From the NCBI RefSeq assembly GCF_003367075.2, contig NZ_CP065936.1:690001-722000 (forward strand): 32,000 bases of DNA. The letters run 5' to 3'. The notes beneath the pieces were generated by a model, which did not search any database, had not been told where the DNA came from, and was given only the letters and a program-made list of their open reading frames with translations. The position numbers and the translations under genes were made by a program. The stretch comes from Cylindrospermopsis raciborskii Cr2010. GTDB lineage: Bacteria; Cyanobacteriota; Cyanobacteriia; Cyanobacteriales; Nostocaceae. Positions 28,156-32,000 of this stretch are shown here, piece by piece (the first letter of the stretch is position 1; each line of letters opens with the position of its first letter).

Positions 28156-30393
28156 ATGAATTTATTTCCCAACAGCTCTATTGTTTATCAGAAATATATG
28201 AGAATTGTTCATCAAATTGTTCATCAAATTCATAAGATTCTTAGTAGTTTATTTTCTCAAAAGTCCTCTTTACTCAAATCTGGAAACATAGGTTTTCAGA
28301 TGTTACTGGTCACAATTTGTGGATTGATAATAATTTCTAGCACTACAGCATCTGGATTTGAATACACAACATCCTGGGTAGGTAATACTATAGGTAAGGG
28401 AAAACTGAGGGTACAAAATAATATAGAAGCTATGTATGTGACAGCCAATGGGCTGATTTACACAAATAGTATTTGGGATGAAAATGGAGGAGAAGCAGGA
28501 ATATATGAAAATGGTAAACCCATTGCATTTTTAGAAGATTTACATGGTTGGTATCGTCTTGGTGGTCGAGCAGTAACTGCAAATAATAAATATATTTATG
28601 TAGCCATGAGTCAAGGATCACTCCAAGGTGAAAAAGGAGGTGACAAAGATAGTTATCCACCCCAAGATAAAACTTGGTATTGTGTTAGACGTTATAATTT
28701 ACAAGGAAAACCTATTGCTTTTACCCAAGGTAAGGGTTGGGACAAAAGTATGTTGGTTATTAGTGACCAAGCGGAAGTAACCGGGTTGGCCACCCTTGGT
28801 GATAAATTGTTTGTCAGTCATGGGGGTAGTAATATGGTGAGAATTTTTCATAGGGAAACTATGGAAGAAATTGGCAGATTCCCTGTAGAAAATCCTGGAG
28901 GAATAGTTATTGATCAGCAGAATAATTTGTGGATTATCCAAAATAAAAAAGGGAACAAATCTGGAAAAGTATTGCACTACAGTCCCTCTGGGAAAAAATT
29001 GCCACAAGAAATTATGGATGTGCAAGATCCAACAGCGATCGCCATGGATCCGAAAAATAGATTATTGGTTGCAGAAAATAGTGAACGCCAGCAGATAGTA
29101 ATTTATGAAATAAAGAATCAACCTTTACAGGTGGGAACTTTTGGAGATAAAAAAGGTATTTATGGTGGTGTACCGGGAGCAGTTAGAGATTTAAAACTCT
29201 ATGGTATTACTGCCATTGGTACGGATCGAGTAGGCAATCTATATATTAATAGTAATGGATTTAATAGATCGGGAACAGATCTGAGGAAATTTTCTCCTTC
29301 AGGAAAATTACAATGGCAATTACTGGGTTTAATATTTGTGGATAATGGGGATACGGATCCGCAAAGTGACGGGACAGTCATCTTCACCAAACATGAAAAA
29401 TACCTAGTAGATTATAGTAAACCCATTGGTAAACAATGGACTTATCAGGCCTATACTTTAAACCCTTTTAAATATCCTCAAGACCCTCGGTTACACACCG
29501 CCCCTGATGGTCCGATTTTTCGCCGTATTCAAGGCAAACCATTTTTATTTCTGACGGACATGTTTGGGCGTTTATTACAAATTTATCGCTTTCAACCACA
29601 AACTGATGGGGAAATTGCAGTTCCTGCAGGGATGTTTGTGGGAACTAATGATAAAGGTAAAGCCATTAATGGTAATTGGCCTCCCCTTCAACCAAGTAAG
29701 GGAGAATGGATTTGGCGTGATAAGAATGGTAATGGTGCATTCGAACAAAATGAGTATGAAAGCAGCGAAGATTATTTATATATAGGTGGTTGGTGGGTAG
29801 ATACTAAAGGGGACGTATGGAAAACCCTACGGACTGAGGATGGTATTCGTCACTATCCTCTACAGGGATTGGATAGTCGGGGAAATCCAATTTATAGCTA
29901 TGGTTCTATGAAAAGAGAAAGAACTCCTCGTATGTTTCGAGATTTGCGCAGGATTGAATATTTCCCAGACACAGATACTATGTATTTGTCTGGTTTTACA
30001 GTTGATCATCCTTCCGTTGGTGATGATACCGGGGTTGTGGGATCAGAAATTATCCGCTTTGATCGCTGGAGTCAAGGAAATCGCACTCCCAAATGGCGAG
30101 CAGTAATTCCCTATGACAATACAGGTCAACGAGAAGTATCTACTGCTGCTATGAGCGTAGCAGGAGATTATGTATTTGCTGTTACAGTTAAAACTGCGGA
30201 GGTCTATGTTTATAGAAACGATACGGGAAAATTTGTGCGCAAATTTGGTCCAGGTCCAGAAGTCGGTAAGGAAAGTGGTTGGGTGGATATTCCCCATGGT
30301 ATTCGAGCTTTTCGTCGTCGCAATGGTGAATACTTATTGTTTGTAGAGGAGAATAGAAATGGCAAGGTGATTATTTATCGGTTCCGTTTTTAA
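28156..30393 (+). CDS. Secreted NHL/six-bladed beta-propeller-like protein of unknown function
   Basis: 745 aa; signal-peptide-like MLLVTICGLIIISSTTASG beginning at 28300; repeated propeller-like segments (PGGIVIDQQNNLWIIQN, PTAIAMDPKNRLLVAENSERQQIVIY, GITAIGTDRVGNLYINSNG). Real start may be 28300. Confidence 0.7.
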   Translation: MNLFPNSSIVYQKYMRIVHQIVHQIHKILSSLFSQKSSLLKSGNIGFQMLLVTICGLIIISSTTASGFEYTTSWVGNTIGKGKLRVQNNIEAMYVTANGLIYTNSIWDENGGEAGIYENGKPIAFLEDLHGWYRLGGRAVTANNKYIYVAMSQGSLQGEKGGDKDSYPPQDKTWYCVRRYNLQGKPIAFTQGKGWDKSMLVISDQAEVTGLATLGDKLFVSHGGSNMVRIFHRETMEEIGRFPVENPGGIVIDQQNNLWIIQNKKGNKSGKVLHYSPSGKKLPQEIMDVQDPTAIAMDPKNRLLVAENSERQQIVIYEIKNQPLQVGTFGDKKGIYGGVPGAVRDLKLYGITAIGTDRVGNLYINSNGFNRSGTDLRKFSPSGKLQWQLLGLIFVDNGDTDPQSDGTVIFTKHEKYLVDYSKPIGKQWTYQAYTLNPFKYPQDPRLHTAPDGPIFRRIQGKPFLFLTDMFGRLLQIYRFQPQTDGEIAVPAGMFVGTNDKGKAINGNWPPLQPSKGEWIWRDKNGNGAFEQNEYESSEDYLYIGGWWVDTKGDVWKTLRTEDGIRHYPLQGLDSRGNPIYSYGSMKRERTPRMFRDLRRIEYFPDTDTMYLSGFTVDHPSVGDDTGVVGSEIIRFDRWSQGNRTPKWRAVIPYDNTGQREVSTAAMSVAGDYVFAVTVKTAEVYVYRNDTGKFVRKFGPGPEVGKESGWVDIPHGIRAFRRRNGEYLLFVEENRNGKVIIYRFRF

Positions 30394-30490
30394 AAACAAT
30401 GACCATCTTCATATTCACATTCTGAATTTACACAATCAACAAATATCAGGTGTCTACATTCATTATCATAGTGAATAGGTTGTTAAGTAG

Positions 30491-30601
30491 GTGAGTGGAA
30501 TTAAACATAAGATGAACGTAGGTTGGGTTGAGGAACGAAACCCAACGCCCCCATGGGTTACCCTACCACTAACCCATCCTACAAATAATTGTGCCTCCCT
30601 A
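30491..30601 (+). repeat. Dispersed repeat copy 2 (long copy), hairpin-rich, inverted relative to 19143-19219
   Basis: Outer arms GTAGGTTGGGTT (30519-30530) / AACCCATCCTAC (30572-30583, one mismatch); inner arms TTGGGTT/AACCCAA and ATGGGTT/AACCCAT. Confidence 0.85.
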
Positions 30602-30693
30602 CTTAGCTAAATTCTGGCTTTAGCTATAACGCCTATGACCATGGGATTGATGTTCATTAACAAGTTGATCCGTAATTAATAAATGACGGTTTT

Positions 30694-31497
30694 ATGAGTA
30701 GTTTTATGAGGAATATGCAAAAAACAACTTTGAGTAAATTACAAAGATTAATTCCCATTCATTTTTTAAGTACCATTCAGTATATCCATGCCTGTTTACT
30801 TTCGCACTGGATTTTACGATGGGGGAGTCAACCAATAGCATTGACCACAGCACCAGTTATGGTTTTCTCCCCCCATCAGGATGATGAGACTTTTGGCTGC
30901 GGGGGAATGATTGCTCGCAAACGACAACAGGCAATTAGGGTGGGAGTGGTGTTTCTTACCGATGGAAGAGGTTCCCATGGACTAGAACCTAATATCCAAA
31001 ATCAGGTTATGCAAATTCGTCAGCAGGAGTCCCTACAAGCATTAGAAATTTTGGGAGTTCCCCAAACAGAAATTAAGTTTTTAAATAGGGAGGATGGCAG
31101 TTTATTAGATTTGAATATTTCTCAAAAAAGACAACTGATCTCAGAAATAGTTACTTTGTTAAGAGATTATCAACCAGGTGAGGTTTATGTGCCTCATTTT
31201 AAGGATTGTCACAGAGATCACGAGGCTACATATTCTCTGGTAAAAGAGGCGATCGCCGAAAGTGGAATAAGCGTAGAACTTTTGCAGTACCCTATTTGGA
31301 TTTTTTGGAGAGCACCATTATTTATTCTGTTAAAATTACGGGATATTGCCCCAGCTTATAGATTATCAGTTGCACAAGTTCAATCTCAAAAACAACAGGC
31401 GATCGCCGCCTATTCTTCTCAAATATCCACTCTTCCTCGGGGCTTTATTAAGAGATTTTTACAAGCGGAAGAAATCTTCTTTAAAACGGAATATTAA
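30694..31497 (+). CDS. PIG-L family deacetylase
   Basis: VMVFSPHQDDETFGCGGMIARKRQQAIRVGVVFLTDGRGSHG; YVPHFKDCHRDHEATYSLV. Confidence 0.9.
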   Translation: MSSFMRNMQKTTLSKLQRLIPIHFLSTIQYIHACLLSHWILRWGSQPIALTTAPVMVFSPHQDDETFGCGGMIARKRQQAIRVGVVFLTDGRGSHGLEPNIQNQVMQIRQQESLQALEILGVPQTEIKFLNREDGSLLDLNISQKRQLISEIVTLLRDYQPGEVYVPHFKDCHRDHEATYSLVKEAIAESGISVELLQYPIWIFWRAPLFILLKLRDIAPAYRLSVAQVQSQKQQAIAAYSSQISTLPRGFIKRFLQAEEIFFKTEY

Positions 31498-31542
31498 TTC
31501 TAGAGAAAATCAGTTTAAAAAAATACTGAGGAGTAAAAATAA

Positions 31543-32000
31543 ATGCGAATTTTACACTTAACTAACCATATTCAAAATGTTGGTAACGGTATTGTCAATG
31601 TGGCAGTAGATTTGGCTTGTTTACAAGCCACAGACGGTTTAGAAGTGGCAATTGCTTCCCTGGGAGGAGAATACGAAATACTCTTAGAAAAGTATGGTAT
31701 TTCTCACTTTGAATTAGACCAGTCCCGGAGAGTAACCAAGTTAATTAAGGCAGTTTATTCCTACCGGGACATAATTAAAAAATTTCAACCTGATATAGTT
31801 CATTGCCACATGATGACAGGAGTTTTACTAGCAGGAATTTTTAGAAATAATCATGAATATGGTTTAGTTGCTACAGTGCATAATGAATTCCAACGCAGTG
31901 CAATATTAATGGGATTAGCAGATCGGGTAATTGCAGTCAGTCATGCGGTGGCTAATTCGATGATCCGTCGTGGAATCCCATCCCGAAAATTGCGGGTAGT
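31543..32000 (+). CDS. Glycosyltransferase (GT4-like), N-terminal part, runs off the window
   Basis: Reading from ATG at 31543: MRILHLTNHIQNVGNGIVNVAVDLACLQATDGLEVAIASLGG...DIVHCHMMTGVLLAGIF...LVATVHNEFQRSAILMGLADRVIAVSHAVANSMIRRGI; open to the window end. A gagga RBS-like sequence sits upstream. Confidence 0.82.
   Translation, partial: MRILHLTNHIQNVGNGIVNVAVDLACLQATDGLEVAIASLGGEYEILLEKYGISHFELDQSRRVTKLIKAVYSYRDIIKKFQPDIVHCHMMTGVLLAGIFRNNHEYGLVATVHNEFQRSAILMGLADRVIAVSHAVANSMIRRGIPSRKLRV

Noticed and set aside
28204-28227. Tandem ATTGTTCATCAA x2 as a regulatory iteron
   Set aside because: Only two units, and in the upstream part of a possibly over-extended ORF. Too little to call a functional element.
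19143-30601. Treating the 11.4 kb between inverted repeats as a composite transposon
   Set aside because: The content is ordinary housekeeping genes with normal HIP1 frequency and the repeat copies lack any transposase. Independent insertions are more likely.
1-32000. CRISPR array or cas genes
   Set aside because: No regularly spaced 25-40 nt direct repeats and no Cas-like ORFs seen.

Overview
Cyanobacterial chromosomal window. It has AT-rich DNA, HIP1 GCGATCGC octamers, and Psb27, an RpaA-type regulator, CofH and CphA2-like genes. A filamentous Nostocales-type host is inferred, not proven. The window has two parts. (1) About 1-12.5 kb is an accessory island. It holds an ISL3-like transposase gene interrupted by an IS5-like element with an exact 3-bp target duplication. 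Next to it is a minus-strand three-gene block: a 993-aa uncharacterised protein, a 304-aa putative winged-helix protein, and a 2123-aa DEAD/DEAH helicase with a DUF1998-type Cys cluster. The giant helicase resembles Druantia DruE, but no DruA-D, methylase, nuclease or PLD partner is visible. I treat the block as a candidate Druantia-like (possibly type III-related or variant) anti-phage system. (2) About 13.2-32 kb is ordinary chromosome: HAD hydrolase, DMT transporter, nitrilase-family, class II FBP aldolase, ABC exporter, ABC-2 permease, Uma2, rpaA-like, phosphopantetheinyl transferase, CphA2-like ligase split by an apparent +1 frameshift at T6, GT2-GtrA, cofH, psb27, a secreted NHL-like protein, a PIG-L deacetylase and a partial glycosyltransferase. 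Other signals are two inverted copies of a hairpin-rich dispersed repeat, a solitary IS605-like hairpin, HIP1 scarcity across the island, and an operator-like arrangement upstream of the helicase gene.
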